Under the pieces are notes generated by a model. That model was not told where the DNA came from and made no database searches. It saw nothing but the letters and a program-made list of their open reading frames with translations. Of a stretch of 64,000 nt of DNA, positions 26,639-39,394 are shown piece by piece. This DNA is from Verrucomicrobiales bacterium. GTDB lineage: Bacteria; Verrucomicrobiota; Verrucomicrobiia; Verrucomicrobiales; V1-33. Where the stretch lies: positions 37,384 through 101,383 of the forward strand of contig JANOAV010000028.1 of the NCBI GenBank assembly GCA_031411295.1, in the 5' to 3' direction. How positions within the stretch are numbered: the stretch's first letter is position 1; every line of letters starts with the position of its first letter. The position numbers and the translations under genes are program-made.

Positions 26639-28660
26639 ATGTCTCACAAAGCTCCCTCACTCTTCGATTGGAAGATCGTCTCACCTGCCATTGCCGACTC
26701 GTTCAAGAAACTCGATCCGCGCCTCATGGTGAAGAACCCAGTCATGTTCGTGACTGAAATCGGTGCAGTGCTCACCACCGTCGGCATCTTCACTGCCAAA
26801 GCCGAACTTGGCTTCGTCATCCAGTTAGCAATCTGGCTGTGGTTCACAGTGCTGTTCGCAAATTTCGCGGAAGCGGTTGCTGAAGGCCGTGGCAAGGCCC
26901 AGGCTGCGAGCCTGCGCGCGGCCCGGAAGGATACCATCGCACGACGTTTAAAAAACGGCATTGAAACCCAGATTCCAGCACCTGAGTTGGAGAAGGGCGA
27001 TCTCGTCGTCTGCGAAACGGGCGATGTGATTCCCTCAGATGGTGAAGTCGTTGAAGGCATCGCCAGCGTGGATGAAGCAGCGATCACGGGTGAGTCTGCA
27101 CCCGTCATTCGGGAGAGCGGTGGAGACCACAGTGCTGTCACTGGGGGCACGCGCGTCATCAGTGATCGCATCGTCGTCCGCATCACTTCGGAAAAGGGCA
27201 ACACTTTCATTGATCGAATGATTGCGATGGTTGAAGGCGCATCACGCCAGAAGACGCCAAACGAAATTGCCCTGACAATTCTGCTTTCAGCCCTGACCTT
27301 AATCTTCCTGCTCGTAGTCGTGACGTTGAAGCCTTTTGGCATCTACTCAGGCGTCAGCTTCTCGCTGCCAGTGTTGATAGCCTTGCTAGTGTGTTTAATC
27401 CCCACCACCATCGGCGGACTGCTAAGCGCCATTGGCATCAGCGGCATTGACCGCCTCATCCGTCGCAACGTCATGGCCACCAGCGGTCGTGCAGTCGAAG
27501 CCGCGGGCGATATCGATGTGCTGCTGCTGGACAAGACTGGCACCATCACGATTGGCAATCGCATGGCCTCGGACTTCCGGCCTGCGCCTGGTATCACCGA
27601 GCAAGAACTGGCCGATGCCGCCCAGCTCGCCTCGCTGGCTGACGAAACGCCGGAAGGCCGCAGCATTGTGGTGCTTGCCAAAGAGCGCTTTAATCTCCGT
27701 GGTCGTGAACTCGCAGAACCACACGCTACGTTCATTCCCTTCACTGCCCAGACGCGCATGAGCGGCGTAGATATAGCTGGCCGCTGCATCCGCAAAGGTG
27801 CCGCCGACTCCGTGCGTCGTTACGTTGAGGAGCAAGGTGGCGTGTATCCGACTGAGGTCGAGAAAGCGGTCGATGCCGCTTCACGGGCCGGACGCACGCC
27901 GCTCGTCGTTTCTGATGACATCAAAATACTCGGTGTTGTCGAACTCAAAGACATGGTCAAAGGCGGTATCAAGGAGCGCTTCGCGCAACTGCGCAAGATG
28001 GGCATCCGCACCATCATGATCACGGGGGACAATCCCATGACCGCTGCTGCCATCGCTGCGGAAGCAGGCGTGGATGATTTCATGGCTCAAGCCACGCCCG
28101 AGGATAAGTTGAAGCGCATCCGCACCGAGCAGGCTAACGGACATCTCGTGGCCATGACGGGCGATGGCACCAATGATGCACCCGCTTTGGCGCAAGCCGA
28201 TGTCGGAGTCGCCATGAACACTGGCACGCAGGCCGCACGTGAAGCTGGAAACATGGTCGATCTGGATAGTAACCCCACGAAGCTGATTGAGATCGTAGAG
28301 ATTGGGAAACAACTCCTGATGACACGCGGATCGCTGACCACGCTCAGCATCGCTAACGACATTGCCAAATACTTCGCCATCATCCCCGCCATGATCATGG
28401 CAACGTTTCCTGCGATTGCACCGCTGAACGTGATGGGGCTGCACTCACCGCAGAGCGCCATCCTGAGTGCGGTTATCTTCAATGCGCTTATCATCATAGC
28501 TCTCATTCCGCTGGCGTTGAGAGGCGTGCAGTATCGCGCGGTCGGAGCGGTTGCGGTGCTCCAGCGCAACCTGCTCATCTACGGACTCGGCGGCATCATC
28601 GTTCCGTTCATCGGCATCAAAGCCATCGACATCATCATCACCACCCTTCACCTCGCCTAA
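26639..28660 (+). CDS. kdpB: K+-transporting ATPase subunit B
   Basis: [23 protein letters not shown]. Confidence 0.97.
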   Translation: MSHKAPSLFDWKIVSPAIADSFKKLDPRLMVKNPVMFVTEIGAVLTTVGIFTAKAELGFVIQLAIWLWFTVLFANFAEAVAEGRGKAQAASLRAARKDTIARRLKNGIETQIPAPELEKGDLVVCETGDVIPSDGEVVEGIASVDEAAITGESAPVIRESGGDHSAVTGGTRVISDRIVVRITSEKGNTFIDRMIAMVEGASRQKTPNEIALTILLSALTLIFLLVVVTLKPFGIYSGVSFSLPVLIALLVCLIPTTIGGLLSAIGISGIDRLIRRNVMATSGRAVEAAGDIDVLLLDKTGTITIGNRMASDFRPAPGITEQELADAAQLASLADETPEGRSIVVLAKERFNLRGRELAEPHATFIPFTAQTRMSGVDIAGRCIRKGAADSVRRYVEEQGGVYPTEVEKAVDAASRAGRTPLVVSDDIKILGVVELKDMVKGGIKERFAQLRKMGIRTIMITGDNPMTAAAIAAEAGVDDFMAQATPEDKLKRIRTEQANGHLVAMTGDGTNDAPALAQADVGVAMNTGTQAAREAGNMVDLDSNPTKLIEIVEIGKQLLMTRGSLTTLSIANDIAKYFAIIPAMIMATFPAIAPLNVMGLHSPQSAILSAVIFNALIIIALIPLALRGVQYRAVGAVAVLQRNLLIYGLGGIIVPFIGIKAIDIIITTLHLA

Positions 28661-28664
28661 CACC

Positions 28665-29249
28665 ATGAAAGCTCTCTTTACTGATCTCCGTGCCGCTCTT
28701 GTTTCCACGCTCATCCTGGCGGCGGTCTGCTGCGGTTTGTATCCCGTCATCGTTTGGGGCATTGCGCAAACAGCCTTCAAAGAGAAGGCCGACGGCAGTC
28801 TGCTCAAGGACACCAGTGGCACCATCATCGGCTCTTCGCTCTTAGGCCAAACTTTCACCAGTGAAAGATATTTCCACACCCGCCCCAGTGCGGCCGGCAA
28901 AGGCTATGATGCCGCCAGTTCCAGTGGCACAAACCTTGGGCCTACGTCCCAAAAACTTGCTGACGCCATTCAGTCTAACATTGCCACCTATCGCACTGAG
29001 AACGGCCTCAAGGAAACTGACCCCGTGCCTGCCGACGCGGTTACAGCTTCGGGATCAGGGCTCGACCCACACATCAGCGTTAAGAACGCCGAGATGCAAA
29101 CCGCCCGAGTCGCGAAAGCTCGAAACTTAAGCACGGACAAAGTGCTAGAAATTGTGCGTGCCAACACAGCCAAGCCAGGCCTTGGCTTCCTAGGAGAGCC
29201 TGGAGTAAACGTGTTGAAAGTGAATCTCGCGCTGGATGCAAAGCACTAA
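28665..29249 (+). CDS. kdpC: K+-transporting ATPase subunit C
   Basis: Start MKALF; YFHTRPS, TASGSGLDPHIS, VNVLKVNLALD. Confidence 0.96.
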   Translation: MKALFTDLRAALVSTLILAAVCCGLYPVIVWGIAQTAFKEKADGSLLKDTSGTIIGSSLLGQTFTSERYFHTRPSAAGKGYDAASSSGTNLGPTSQKLADAIQSNIATYRTENGLKETDPVPADAVTASGSGLDPHISVKNAEMQTARVAKARNLSTDKVLEIVRANTAKPGLGFLGEPGVNVLKVNLALDAKH

Positions 29250-29351
29250 CGCACCTCATCAAAGCACCAGCGCCTGGCACAGTAGTGACACGGATATCCA
29301 CTTACTCTGCTTGAATCTCGCTATTGATGGGTTCAAGTAAAGGACCATCTC

Positions 29352-32006
29352 ATGAGCACCGACGACCGCCCAGATCCCGACGAACTGCTTGCAGAAGTGC
29401 AAGAGGCATCGTCGCCTTCTGACGCGCCCAAGCTGCGTATTTTCTTGGGCATGTGTCCTGGTGTGGGTAAGACCTTCGCCATGTTGCAGGCGGCCAAGGG
29501 CACGGACGCAGTGATAGGCATTGTCGAAACGCATGGGCGCGCGGAAACGGCGGAATTGGTTGATGGCTTGGAATGCATACCGAGAAAAGTTAGCGATTAC
29601 CGCGGCGTGAGTGTCTCGGAAATGGATCTGGATGCGTTGCTGGCACGCAAACCCCGCATTGCCCTAGTCGATGAACTGGCCCACACGAATGCTCCCGGCA
29701 GCAGGCATCCAAAGCGTTTCCAAGATGTCATGGAATTGCTGGATGCGGGCATTTCTGTCTGGAGCACGCTCAACATCCAACATGTAGAAAGCCGTGCGGA
29801 TGTGGTGGCGGAACTCACTGGAGTGACCGTTAGGGAAACCGTGCCGGACTCACTGCTGGATCGGGCGGACGAAGTGGTGCTGATTGATTTGCCTCCCGAA
29901 CAACTCCGTCAGCGACTCGCAGAAGGTCGCGTTTATGAGGGCGAACGGGCTGCCATGGCGGCGGATCAGTTTTTTCGCCTGGGAAATTTAACTGCGTTGC
30001 GCGAGCTATCCCTGCGCTACGCGGCGGAACGTGCAGGTAAGGATTTCCGGGAGTTTGCGCTGGAACGCAAACGCACCGGGCCCTTGCGCACCAATGAAAG
30101 ACTCCTCGTAGCCATCGACCCCAGTCCATCTTCCGAGAGTCTCCTGCGCTGGACGCGCAGGACCGCAGGAATGCTGGACGCCATTTGGTTGGCAGTGACG
30201 GTGGATACAGGCGCGCACCTTTCTGAAGCAGCCCGGGCCACTCTGATGCGGCACATTTCCCTGGCGCAATCTCTGGGGGCAGAAGTGATTCAGACGAGTG
30301 GTCAAAATGTTAGTCAAGTCCTGCTGGCAGTAGCACAAGAGCGCGGGGCTACGCAGATTGTGGTAGGGAAGCCAGAGCGTCGCTTGCACTGGTGGCGCTG
30401 GTTCCGACCATCGCTAGTGGACGATCTCATCGCAGGAAGTGGCGACATCGATGTGCACGTGGTGCGGCCACGCAGCAGCTCTGGAAAGCCTCGCGCCTCC
30501 GAGAGTGCGGGGCAGCAAGTTAAACCCAATGTTCTCTGGGGCGAGCTGCAAATAGTATCCATCATCGTGCTTGTCATGACGCTGGGATGCTGGTTTGCGG
30601 AACCCATGATTGGCTATTGGTCTGTGGCGCTACTGTATTTGCTAGGAGTGGTGCTGGCGGCATTGCGACTGGGGCGCGCGGGCATTCTGTTGTTAGCCAC
30701 TGCGAGTGCGCTGCTGTGGAATTTTTTGTTCATCCCGCCTCGGTTCACCCTCTACATCAGTGCCCCGCAGGACGGCATCATGTTCGGTATGTATTTTATC
30801 GTGGCCTTGGTGATAGGGCAGGTGACTTCCAAATTGAGGAAGCAACAACTGATCGAACGTCGGCGCGAGCAACGCACCGCCACCTTGCTGGGATTCACCC
30901 AGTTAGTTTCCGGGGCCTTGGACGAAGGAGATGCGTGTCAGCGTGCTTTAGTCAGGCTGCATGAGATCGTGAATGTTCCACTCGCCATGCTGCGAAGAAA
31001 TGATGCGGATCATTCCTTGCAAAGCGACCCACTCCCAGGTTCCTCGTTGGAAGTTACCGAGATGGAATTCGGTGTGGCGGCCTGGGTGCAGTCGCATCGC
31101 ATGGCTGCGGGCCGTTTCACGGACACCTTACCGAACAGTCGTGTGACATGTTTGCCGATGCAGACCCGCAGTTCCATCATGGGCGTGCTTGTGATCGCAT
31201 GGCCTGCCGAAAGAACCATGGGAGGGGAGGAGCGCAATCTTTTGGAGGCGCTCACCGCTCAGTTAGGATTAGTTTTGGAAAAAGAGCATTTATCCTCTGC
31301 GATGCAGCGTGCCGAGCTGGCAGAGCAATCGAATCGACTTCACAAGGCGCTGCTGGACAGTGTTTCGCATGAATTGAAAACACCCATCGCAGCGCTGCGG
31401 GCGTCGTTGGATTTGCAGGTGCAGCCCAGCGATGAACGCGCTCTGATGCTGCATGCAGAAATGGATTCCGCCACCCGGAGGCTTGAGCGCGTGACGACCC
31501 AGTTGCTAAATATGACGCGGATCGATAGCGGCCATCTTAAACCGCAGTGCGACTGGTGTGATGTCGAAGAACTCGTCCGCGCAACCATCGAACATCACGT
31601 CCCTGCCAGCGAACGTGGCCGGATCTTGCTGGAGGTTCCGTCGGAATTTCCACCAGCGCATACGGATGCGGGCCTGCTGGAAGGAATTCTCACGAACTTG
31701 CTGCTGAATGCGCTGGTGTGGAGTCCGCGTCAGGAACCAATTCACGTCGAGGCGAAACTCGCTGGAGCCGACTGGAGGCTGTCGGTGCGGGATCATGGGC
31801 CTGGCATGGCCACGCAGGAATTGCCCCGCATCTTCGATAAATTTTACCGCGCAGACCACGCCCCGGCAGGAGGAACCGGCTTGGGATTAAGTATCGTGCG
31901 CGGATTCACGCACGCGCTGGGAGGCTCGGCGCAAGCCGCGAACGCACCAAGCGGTGGCGCTATTTTTACGCTGACATTTCCCCGGAAGCAGCCACCTTCA
32001 GCATGA
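29352..32006 (+). CDS. kdpD: Sensor kinase KdpD
   Basis: LRIFLGMCPGVGKT, VDELAHTN, Usp-like domain, TM bundle, SHELKTP. Confidence 0.96.
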   Translation: MSTDDRPDPDELLAEVQEASSPSDAPKLRIFLGMCPGVGKTFAMLQAAKGTDAVIGIVETHGRAETAELVDGLECIPRKVSDYRGVSVSEMDLDALLARKPRIALVDELAHTNAPGSRHPKRFQDVMELLDAGISVWSTLNIQHVESRADVVAELTGVTVRETVPDSLLDRADEVVLIDLPPEQLRQRLAEGRVYEGERAAMAADQFFRLGNLTALRELSLRYAAERAGKDFREFALERKRTGPLRTNERLLVAIDPSPSSESLLRWTRRTAGMLDAIWLAVTVDTGAHLSEAARATLMRHISLAQSLGAEVIQTSGQNVSQVLLAVAQERGATQIVVGKPERRLHWWRWFRPSLVDDLIAGSGDIDVHVVRPRSSSGKPRASESAGQQVKPNVLWGELQIVSIIVLVMTLGCWFAEPMIGYWSVALLYLLGVVLAALRLGRAGILLLATASALLWNFLFIPPRFTLYISAPQDGIMFGMYFIVALVIGQVTSKLRKQQLIERRREQRTATLLGFTQLVSGALDEGDACQRALVRLHEIVNVPLAMLRRNDADHSLQSDPLPGSSLEVTEMEFGVAAWVQSHRMAAGRFTDTLPNSRVTCLPMQTRSSIMGVLVIAWPAERTMGGEERNLLEALTAQLGLVLEKEHLSSAMQRAELAEQSNRLHKALLDSVSHELKTPIAALRASLDLQVQPSDERALMLHAEMDSATRRLERVTTQLLNMTRIDSGHLKPQCDWCDVEELVRATIEHHVPASERGRILLEVPSEFPPAHTDAGLLEGILTNLLLNALVWSPRQEPIHVEAKLAGADWRLSVRDHGPGMATQELPRIFDKFYRADHAPAGGTGLGLSIVRGFTHALGGSAQAANAPSGGAIFTLTFPRKQPPSA

Positions 32007-32695
32007 TTCCACAGCCTACCATCCTGATTATTGACGACGAGCAGCCGATGCGTCGGCTGCTGCGGCTCTGTTTGGAAGATGCCGGATGGAAAGTCCGCGA
32101 GTGTGAGACCGGCCAAGCTGGCTTGGTGGAAATAGCCGCGACCCGCCCGGATGCAGTTTTGCTGGACGTTGAATTGCCGGATATCAAGGGCTTTGAAGTC
32201 GTTAAGCGCGTTAGGGAATGGAGCCGCCTGCCCATCGTGATGATTTCCGTGCTCGAAAGCGCGGATGATAAAATTGCCGCATTAGATTGCGGAGCGGATG
32301 ACTACATCACCAAGCCCTTCAACGCACGTGAAGTCATCGCCCGACTGCGTGCCGTGATGCGACGCTGTTCCGATGCTAGTGAGGAAGCAATTTTCTCCAG
32401 CGGGCATCTGGAAGTGGACCTGGCGGCCCGCACGGTCCGCGTGAAAGGCAGTGAAGTAAAATTGACCTCCATCGAATACGCCCTGCTCCGAACGTTGATC
32501 AAACACGCCGGGAAAGTGGTCCTCCAAAAGCAACTCCTGCGCGAAGTGTGGGGCCCGCAAGCCGAAGACCAAAGCCACTACCTGCGCGTGCACTTCACCC
32601 ACCTGCGGCAAAAAGTGGATCCAGATCACCTCGGCATCATCCAGACAGAGCCCCGCATCGGCTATCGGCTTGTCCTGTTGCCCGGTGTTTCATAG
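32003..32695 (+). CDS. kdpE: Response regulator KdpE
   Basis: OmpR family; VWGP...HYLRV; overlaps kdpD stop (ATGA). Confidence 0.93.
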   Translation: MIPQPTILIIDDEQPMRRLLRLCLEDAGWKVRECETGQAGLVEIAATRPDAVLLDVELPDIKGFEVVKRVREWSRLPIVMISVLESADDKIAALDCGADDYITKPFNAREVIARLRAVMRRCSDASEEAIFSSGHLEVDLAARTVRVKGSEVKLTSIEYALLRTLIKHAGKVVLQKQLLREVWGPQAEDQSHYLRVHFTHLRQKVDPDHLGIIQTEPRIGYRLVLLPGVS

Positions 32696-32876
32696 TCGCG
32701 ATTTTGACGTTTAACACACCAGCGTTAAGCGCACCGATGCTATATGCCTAGGGTCCTTTGAATCTGAAAGACCGATAGCCCTGCCAAAATGTAGATTTCT
32801 ACTCAGGGTAGTTTCGACAGTTTGTCCTCCCGCGCCAAAGCACGGTGGAATCCACCACGAGTAACTGCACCACAGC

Positions 32877-33656
32877 CTAAATCGACATGCAGGCAAAGCC
32901 ACCATCCACGATCATTTCCGTGCCGGTAATAAACCCTCCCGCCTTGTTGCTCGCCATCAGCAGCGTGGCACCAATGAGTTCCGAGGCTTCGCCAAAGCGC
33001 CCCATTGGCGTGCGGCCCAGGATTTTCTCCACGCGCTCGGGGGCGAGGATTTTGCGATTCTGTTCGGCTGGGAAAAATCCAGGCACTAATGTGTTCACGC
33101 GAATGCCATGAGGGGCCCATTCGCGCGCCAGATTCTTGCTCAGGTTATGCACCGCAGCCTTGGTCATGGAATAAGTGAAGACGCGCGACAGCGGCACCAC
33201 GCCGGACATGCTGCCAAGATTGATGATGGAAGCTGCGATCTTCTGATCCACGAAATACTTTCCGAACACTTGGCTGCCAACGAAGACCGACTTGATATTG
33301 ATGCTCACGATGCGCTCGAACTCATCCTCCGCGATGTCCACAAAAGGCGTGGCGGAATTCGTGCCCGCCCCATTGACCAGAATTTGACAACGGCCGGATT
33401 TTTCAATCACCGCTGCTAGCAAATTCTCCAGACTCGCCTTCTCGCTGGCTTCCACCTCCACGAAATATCCCTTCCCACCCGAGGCCTGAATTCTAGCAAG
33501 TCGAGCGTCCGCCTTTTCCTGACTGCGTCCCGCCAGCACCACCTCCGCCCCAGCCGCCGCCAAGCCTTCCGCCATGGCTCCACAGAGTTCACCAGTGCCA
33601 CCAACAACGACAGCAGTTTGGCCAGCAAGGGAGAAGAGAGTATCAAGGTAGGACAT
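32877..33656 (-). CDS. SDR family oxidoreductase
   Basis: GGTGELC, VNGAG, YSMTK (YxxxK). Confidence 0.92.
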   Translation of the reverse strand: MSYLDTLFSLAGQTAVVVGGTGELCGAMAEGLAAAGAEVVLAGRSQEKADARLARIQASGGKGYFVEVEASEKASLENLLAAVIEKSGRCQILVNGAGTNSATPFVDIAEDEFERIVSINIKSVFVGSQVFGKYFVDQKIAASIINLGSMSGVVPLSRVFTYSMTKAAVHNLSKNLAREWAPHGIRVNTLVPGFFPAEQNRKILAPERVEKILGRTPMGRFGEASELIGATLLMASNKAGGFITGTEMIVDGGFACMSI

Positions 33657-33821
33657 GGGAAGGTGAAGGTAAGTGAAGGTGCGAATACTAAAATGAGGCG
33701 ATGAAAGGTGCGCGCCTTACGTTAACCGCTTTTCTGCGCTGGAATACCGGGAAATCAAGCAGTGTTTCCGTAATGCTCGGTTGGCAGATCAGTTACAACA
33801 GAATGCTCTTTGATTAAAACG

Positions 33822-33854
33822 AAAACACCGCACCCAAGGCAGGTGCGGTGTTTT
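33822..33854 (-). terminator. Rho-independent terminator of the EF-hand gene
   Basis: AAAACACCGCACC-loop-GGTGCGGTGTTTT, U-rich tail on the minus strand. Confidence 0.75.
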
Positions 33855-33875
33855 GGTGGTCTCGGTGAACGAGGG

Positions 33876-34229
33876 TTACTTGGCTTCTGGCTTCGGAGCG
33901 TCGGCCTTGGGGGCTTCAGGAGCACCTTTCTTGCCAGGTTTCGGGCCATGGGCTTTGAACTCTTCAAGGGTTACCTTGCCGTTGGAATCTTTGTCGATCT
34001 TTTTGTAAATTTCTTCCGCCTTGGCAGGGTCTTTCTTGCCGTGACCGGAAGCTTTGAACTCGTCCAGCGTCACGGAACCATCACTGTCTTTATCCAGCTT
34101 CTTGAAGGCTTCTTCCGGGGTTGGGGGAGCTTTGTCTCCGCCCTTTTTGTCAGGTTTGGCGGCGGTGGCGGTTTGCGTAAAGGCGATGGCAATGGCCAAA
34201 GCGGTGGAGGTGTTGAGTAGTAGTTTCAT
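33876..34229 (-). CDS. Secreted EF-hand protein
   Basis: Signal peptide from MKLLL; DKDSDGSVTLDEF and DKDSNGKVTLEEF. Confidence 0.9.
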   Translation of the reverse strand: MKLLLNTSTALAIAIAFTQTATAAKPDKKGGDKAPPTPEEAFKKLDKDSDGSVTLDEFKASGHGKKDPAKAEEIYKKIDKDSNGKVTLEEFKAHGPKPGKKGAPEAPKADAPKPEAK

Positions 34230-34364
34230 AGGATGGATGGTATGGGGTGGTTCGACTCCCTGCAAACAAAGTGCTATCTGCATGAAAGGCGATAGAGTAA
34301 CGGAGCCGAAGACGAAATGGTAGCAATATCCATTGACCACATTTTCACGGCAGAAATTTTTGTC

Positions 34365-35657
34365 CTAATTTTCTCCTGCCCTGCGAGGACTTTTCGCCAG
34401 CAGTTCGGCAATCGGGACTCCGTTATCCGTGATCGGCACAGGACGGTCGCCATCGTAGAGGTTCTTGGTGTAGTCCACTCCCATCGCAGCATGGATGGTG
34501 GCGAAGAAGTCGGGGACGCTGACGGGATGGTTGACGATCTTCTTGGCTAACTCATCGGTCTCACCATAGGCTCCGCAATGATTCAGGCCGCCACCAGCCA
34601 GCACGCAAGTAAAGGCGCTGCCTTGGTGCCCACGCCCGCCACCGCTGTCGAATTCCGGAGGTCTGCCGAACTCGGTGGTGATGACGATGAGCGTTTTATC
34701 GAGCAAACGATTCGCCTCGAGATCGGTGATGAGGGATGCGACGGCGGTGTCCAGTTCGCGCAGGAGTTCGTGCTGCTTCACGATGCCGGTGTTATGGACA
34801 TCCCAACCTGAGCCGTTGAGGAAATTCAAATTGTGTGAGACTTCGATGAACCGCACGCCGCGTTGCACGAGCCGTCGTGCCAGCAGGCAGCGCTGGCCGA
34901 ACTCTCCGCCGTAGCGCGTGCGCAAATCGCCCTTTTCTTCATCGAGTCGGAAGGCCTTGGTAAAATCTGGACCGCTGAGTTTCAAGCTCTGGGCGATGGC
35001 AGCATCGTAGTCGCGCAGGCGCTTGTCTTCGGTGGTTGGTAAATTTTCCTGCAAGGTGCTGAGCATGGCTTCCCGTCGGGTTTGTCGGTCCGCCATGATG
35101 CCGTCTGGACGGGACAGTCCCGCCGGACCACGACCGGTGTCAGTCAGGTAAAGATAGCCGGCCTTGGCCCCCAGGAAGCCCGGCCCCCGCGTCACATTGG
35201 GATAGCCAATGAGCACATACGGCGGGGCGTTGTCGCTGGCGGCACCTCGCTCGTGGGAAATGATGGAGCCGAGTGAAGGATAGGTCACGGTGCCACTAAC
35301 GGGTCGCCCGGTATGCATGCGATTCGTAGCGGCGGCGTGTTCATCGATCACATCATGATGGAGCGTGCGCACCGCGGTAACGCGATCCATGAGGGGGGCC
35401 AGATTTGCCAAATGTTCACAGAGTTGCACGCCTTTGACGGCCGTGGGAATGCTCTCGTAATAGGAGCCAGCGAGTTTCTTGGTGGGATCTCCCTTGCGCT
35501 TGGGATCAAAGGAATCGATCTGCCCCATGCCGCCGCCTAACCAGATGGAAATAACATGTTCCGCCCTGCCCTTGAGCAGGGTTTCGGCTGCCAACGTTGG
35601 CAACAAAGAGCTTCCCAGCGCAGCGCTGGTGTGAGTGAGGAATTGACGACGTTTCAT
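34365..35657 (-). CDS. DUF1501 family protein (planctomycete type), Tat-exported
   Basis: [41 protein letters not shown]. Confidence 0.92.
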   Translation of the reverse strand: MKRRQFLTHTSAALGSSLLPTLAAETLLKGRAEHVISIWLGGGMGQIDSFDPKRKGDPTKKLAGSYYESIPTAVKGVQLCEHLANLAPLMDRVTAVRTLHHDVIDEHAAATNRMHTGRPVSGTVTYPSLGSIISHERGAASDNAPPYVLIGYPNVTRGPGFLGAKAGYLYLTDTGRGPAGLSRPDGIMADRQTRREAMLSTLQENLPTTEDKRLRDYDAAIAQSLKLSGPDFTKAFRLDEEKGDLRTRYGGEFGQRCLLARRLVQRGVRFIEVSHNLNFLNGSGWDVHNTGIVKQHELLRELDTAVASLITDLEANRLLDKTLIVITTEFGRPPEFDSGGGRGHQGSAFTCVLAGGGLNHCGAYGETDELAKKIVNHPVSVPDFFATIHAAMGVDYTKNLYDGDRPVPITDNGVPIAELLAKSPRRAGEN

Positions 35658-35671
35658 GATGGGATTTTCGG

Positions 35672-38600
35672 TTAAGGCATCCAGACGAATTCACGAGTAT
35701 TAATAACGCTCCAAACGAAGTCCTCGTAAACTTCGCGCCAGGCCGCCTGCAATCTTGGATCGGGCGACGGACCACTGCGGGCACGTTGCTCATGCTCCAT
35801 GGTGATCGTAGTCGCGCGGGGATTGAGGTGATTATACCAAGTGACTCGTGGGAGGGGAGGCAACTCAGCGGTGGGTTTGACCTCTGCCGCACCCAGCAAC
35901 CGTTCCGTGAAACCCACCTCCAGCATTTTCGTGAATTTATCCAATTCAACCGCTGCCGGAGGTCGGCTGAGGAAACGCTGAAAAATAGATCTTACTAACG
36001 TGGCAGGATCCGCTGCCGCCACCGCCAATTCCGCCAACGCACTGTGCTCCGCAGCGCGTGTTAGGCTCAACGACAAGCTGCTGTTGGCCAGCACGCCGGG
36101 TTGCAGAACGTTGGGTGACGTTTCCCGATCGGTGCGAGGCGACTGCCGGGTGCCGTTCCAACCAAAGGCCTCCATGACATCAGTCACACATTGCGCGCGG
36201 GGCAGGCTGAGGCTGGGACGATCCCGCTCGTTCGTCAGGCTGGCCAGCATCCAGGCGCGACTGGGTTTCCCCAAAGTGATGCGGGCTCCCTCCGCGCGTC
36301 TGCCCGTGGGATCAAAGGTGATTTCCTCGGTGTTCATGGCCTGTCCGCTGACAGCGAACAGCGTATCGACCACTTGCTCTGCGGTAAGCCGCCGACATTC
36401 CGGGGCATTGAAGAAACGCAGCTCAGATGTGGCGATTAGATTGCTGCCCGTGGCTTGGCGTTGATAGGTCTGGGAGGTTAGAATGAGTTTCGTCACGTGC
36501 TTCACATCATAGCCCTGCGCCACAAACTCATGCGCCAACCATCCCAACAATTCAGGATGCGAAGACGCATGTCCTTCCCAGTCGCCCACTGGTTCCACGA
36601 AGCCTGCGCCCAAGTAGCGACGCCAAATGCGATTGACCATGACTTGAGCGAAACGCGTGTTCTGGGGAGCTGTCATCAGTGCGGCCATCCGATGTCGGGT
36701 GTCCTTGGGGACCAGCACCAAGCCATCCAGGCTGGTGTCATCGGCTTGCCCCGTCAACGCGGCAAACGGCCAGGCCGGACGCACCGGTTCACCGGGTTTC
36801 AAGGTGGCTTTGATCAACGACTCCCGAGCCTTCTTCTCAAAGAACGCCGCTGGCACCATGCTCGTCTTCGGCACGGTCACGGTCTTGCGCTCCAGCATGG
36901 CCGCCAAAGCAAACAGATCCTTCTGCATCGTGCTATGGTAGGGCGAATCATGGCAGCGAGCGCATTGCAGTTCTACGCCAAGAAAAGCCCCCGCCGCAAT
37001 TTGTCCCTTGGTGGCAAATGGCGCATCATTTTCCCCCGCCAGCGAGAATCCCGCACTGCCGCCCGTGTGCGGACTGCCGCGCATGAGCAGCAATTCCGTA
37101 ACGAAGCGATCCATTGGTTTGTGGTCACGCAGCGCGTCCTGAATGAACCAGCGGAAAGGCCCGGTGCTGTTTAAGGTGGCGTTCAGCAATGCTGGATTCT
37201 CTGACAAAACATCCAACCAGTAGGGCATCCAACTATCCGCCCAGCGTTCGTCTGCCAGCAAACGCTCGATCGCTGAAGTTCGTTTGCCAGGATGCTGGTC
37301 GGCTAGAAAGCTCAGTAGCTCTGCCTCCGTGGGCGGCACGCCGACGAGATCCAAGGAGACACGACGTAGGAACGCGGCATCATCCAGCGTGGGCGGAGCT
37401 GCCACGTCCGCTGCGGTAACTGGAGCGGCAGGCCATGGGGCACCCTGCTGAATCCAATCTTTTAAAATGGCGATTTTCTCGGCCGATAACCCCGCCCCTT
37501 GCGGCGGCATACGCTCATCTTCATCACTCGTTAGGACTCGGGCGATCAACTCACTAGCATCCGCATGGCCGGGCACCACGGCGGGCTTCTCAGATTCTCC
37601 TGCCAGCAACGCAGCGGCACGCGAATTCAGGCGCAGACCGCCTTTCATCTTGTCACCATGGCAGCGGAAACATTCGTCCCGCAGAACCGGCAGCACCTCT
37701 TTGTGAAATTTGCGCGCTTCCTCGAGCGAGGTCTTGGCTGCCTCAGCCAGGGCTCGATTCATCTTTGCTGCCAAAAATGCGTCGATTGGATGGGGCGCAT
37801 CCGATGGCACGGGAGGGGGCGGATTCGCCTTGGCCCATGCTTGCGCAGTCGCATGACGCTGATCCCAAAAAACGTCCTGTGTCTTGGCGGCAGCGCGTCG
37901 ATTGCCATCATCGAATTGCTGCAAACTCCCTTCCATCGTCCGCAATACCGGCTCTACGGCAATGTTCGTTAGCCTGAGCGCGGGCTTACCTGCCGCAAGC
38001 AATTGCCATCCGTCTGCGGTCTGCACAGCGGCACAGAGTTCGCTGGTTTCGGCTCGGAGTTTGGTTCCACCAACGATTGTCTCTAACACGATGCGACATT
38101 TCCCATCCGCCGGAATTTCGGCTTCGCCAAAAGTCTCCTGCTGAAAATAAGCCGCAGGTCGCACCCCAGGCTGCAGCGATGAAGGCACCTCAATGATGGG
38201 CTCCTCTCCATCCGGCGGGGATTTGGTCATCGCTTCCGTGCGCGCCACCAGTTGACCATTGATCCAGAGCCGTCCCAGGGCTCGGGCTCGCATCAGGAAA
38301 CGTTGTTTCCCTGGCGTTAGGGTGGCGTCGGCCGCCAGTCTTACGAGCATGGGTGAGCGCCAGACCTCGCGAATGCCCCAGTCGTCATAGCGCAGTGGCA
38401 ACCGTGGCAGCAGGAACTGTTTGGTGTGCCAGGTCATGATTGCGGCAGGCCAGGTCTCGCCTTCATTTAACCAGCGTTCATGCGTTGGCATCGCTTCATG
38501 GAAAGTCACCTGCACCTGACCCGGCGGCAACGCCCCTAACTCAGGCATTACTTGCTGCGCCAACTTGGCCACCGGAGCGGCACCTTCCCGACGGAAACGC

Positions 38601-39367
38601 TTCTTCAGCACCTCGTCTGACAATACTTCCCGATGCACCGCCACCTCATCCAAGGCCCCTCGGAAGCTGTTGGCAGCGGCTCCGCCCTTCGATGATCCGA
38701 TCCAGATGGCGTCATCATCCACCACCGGAGGTTCGCCCGTGGCTCCACCCATGTCCCACGCGCCAGGCAGCGGTTTGCCATCGATCCAGCCCCGCACCGA
38801 ATCAGGATCACCAAAACGATAGGTCACGGCCAAATGATGCCAGCCTGATTTCGGAGCGAAGCCTTCGGTGCTCGTCCAGCGATGCCAATGCGCATCACTC
38901 TTGGTTACGCCACTAACTGGCAGGGTGGCGAACAGAAAGCTGACACAAGCCTGGCCCTGTTGCTCCCGCAGGCGCAGTGCCCAGTTCTGGTTGTCGGCGG
39001 CAAATCCAGCCGTTTCGGTTCTACCCTTGCCGATCAAATAGACATTCTCTCCACGATGCAGATCCGCTATATCCACCCAGGCCTCCAGCGTGATGGCATC
39101 GCCATTGGTGAAATCGAACTCACTGTTAGGGCCAGGGTCGGCAAATACAAAATGCGATCCTGAGCCATCGAATTTTGCGGCTGTGTTATTGCCATCGAAA
39201 TCTGGATACGTTGGCGGCCTTGGCCCAGGGACATCCCGATGCACTCCGCCCACGGATTCCAGTTTCGACGGTTCCTCGGTGCCAAAGTCCCATCGCGCCA
39301 CCGGGGCCGCTGCGGTAGTCGCGGCCAATCCAAGCAGTAAAGTGAGTTTCAAGTAAATGCGTTTCAT
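35672..39367 (-). CDS. LamG + PA14-like + planctomycete cytochrome c + DUF1549/DUF1553 protein
   Basis: WHHLAVTY...[48 protein letters not shown]. Confidence 0.9.
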   Translation of the reverse strand: MKRIYLKLTLLLGLAATTAAAPVARWDFGTEEPSKLESVGGVHRDVPGPRPPTYPDFDGNNTAAKFDGSGSHFVFADPGPNSEFDFTNGDAITLEAWVDIADLHRGENVYLIGKGRTETAGFAADNQNWALRLREQQGQACVSFLFATLPVSGVTKSDAHWHRWTSTEGFAPKSGWHHLAVTYRFGDPDSVRGWIDGKPLPGAWDMGGATGEPPVVDDDAIWIGSSKGGAAANSFRGALDEVAVHREVLSDEVLKKRFRREGAAPVAKLAQQVMPELGALPPGQVQVTFHEAMPTHERWLNEGETWPAAIMTWHTKQFLLPRLPLRYDDWGIREVWRSPMLVRLAADATLTPGKQRFLMRARALGRLWINGQLVARTEAMTKSPPDGEEPIIEVPSSLQPGVRPAAYFQQETFGEAEIPADGKCRIVLETIVGGTKLRAETSELCAAVQTADGWQLLAAGKPALRLTNIAVEPVLRTMEGSLQQFDDGNRRAAAKTQDVFWDQRHATAQAWAKANPPPPVPSDAPHPIDAFLAAKMNRALAEAAKTSLEEARKFHKEVLPVLRDECFRCHGDKMKGGLRLNSRAAALLAGESEKPAVVPGHADASELIARVLTSDEDERMPPQGAGLSAEKIAILKDWIQQGAPWPAAPVTAADVAAPPTLDDAAFLRRVSLDLVGVPPTEAELLSFLADQHPGKRTSAIERLLADERWADSWMPYWLDVLSENPALLNATLNSTGPFRWFIQDALRDHKPMDRFVTELLLMRGSPHTGGSAGFSLAGENDAPFATKGQIAAGAFLGVELQCARCHDSPYHSTMQKDLFALAAMLERKTVTVPKTSMVPAAFFEKKARESLIKATLKPGEPVRPAWPFAALTGQADDTSLDGLVLVPKDTRHRMAALMTAPQNTRFAQVMVNRIWRRYLGAGFVEPVGDWEGHASSHPELLGWLAHEFVAQGYDVKHVTKLILTSQTYQRQATGSNLIATSELRFFNAPECRRLTAEQVVDTLFAVSGQAMNTEEITFDPTGRRAEGARITLGKPSRAWMLASLTNERDRPSLSLPRAQCVTDVMEAFGWNGTRQSPRTDRETSPNVLQPGVLANSSLSLSLTRAAEHSALAELAVAAADPATLVRSIFQRFLSRPPAAVELDKFTKMLEVGFTERLLGAAEVKPTAELPPLPRVTWYNHLNPRATTITMEHEQRARSGPSPDPRLQAAWREVYEDFVWSVINTREFVWMP

Positions 39368-39394
39368 CGAAGTGAACAGAGACTACTGCAAAGC

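Noticed and set aside
28551..28664. Longer kdpC start in the ORF track
   Set aside because: Overlaps kdpB; homology begins at the ATG at 28665.
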